The translations under genes were made by a program, and so were the position numbers. A stretch of DNA of 64,000 nucleotides from the NCBI GenBank assembly GCA_015067715.1, contig SVLY01000005.1, positions 8,312 through 72,311 of the forward strand. The letters are read 5' to 3'. Source of the stretch: Oscillospiraceae bacterium (GTDB lineage: Bacteria; Bacillota; Clostridia; Oscillospirales; QAMX01). Below the pieces are notes generated by a model, which was given only the letters and a program-made list of their open reading frames with translations, had not been told where the DNA came from and did no database searches. Positions 63,960 through 64,000 of the stretch are shown here, in pieces (the stretch's first letter is position 1; every line of letters starts with the position of its first letter).

Positions 63960-64000
63960 ATTCAATATCAAAACCGATCTCCAAATATGAACTCCGAAGA

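Overview
This 64-kb window looks like chromosome from a high-GC, spore-forming Firmicute, probably Clostridia. Supporting signs are a forespore sigma factor gene, a T-box leader, an M-box leader and many near-consensus TTGACA-17-TATAAT promoters. Nothing was searched or computed: all family calls come from motifs read in the supplied translations, and all RNA and regulatory calls come from reading the nucleotides.

Most of the window is housekeeping or metabolic:
- sigG (partial) and M-box-mgtE plus a CDF transporter
- a pgi operon that also carries a sulfotransferase
- a U32 peptidase and a ydcC-like lipoprotein-alr-mazF string
- nnrD, ygiQ and a Leu T-box controlling ridA-leuACDB
- pncB, an Fe-ADH, a PfkB kinase and a histidine phosphatase
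- glxK, tadA, argH and a DEAD-box helicase

The accessory or unusual parts are:
1. 23.8-35.7 kb: a signal-peptide-less glycan-enzyme cluster built from three duplicated families (DUF4838 x2, metallophosphoesterase x2, GH27/36-like x2).
2. 35.8-42.3 kb: an eight-gene block. An ABC ATPase, two membrane proteins and two paralogous lipoproteins are followed by a BlaI-type repressor and a BlaR1-like M56 sensor protease that lacks a penicillin-binding domain. Twin 17-bp boxes sit over the upstream promoter.
3. 47.2-50.7 kb: an integration hotspot at tRNA-Arg(CCU) with one intact tRNA and two orphan tRNA 3' halves. These delimit two integrase-less segments, one carrying a Fic protein and the other, AT-richer, carrying an ECF sigma factor fused to a roughly 250-aa unknown domain.
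4. 54.4-54.7 kb: a duplicated terminator/promoter cassette enclosing a candidate structured small RNA of about 200 nt.
5. 56.3-61.3 kb: a short glycyl-radical enzyme with no activase in the window, followed by DUF5685, J-domain, membrane and HAD genes.

No CRISPR array, rRNA, transposase, integrase or prophage structural gene was seen.
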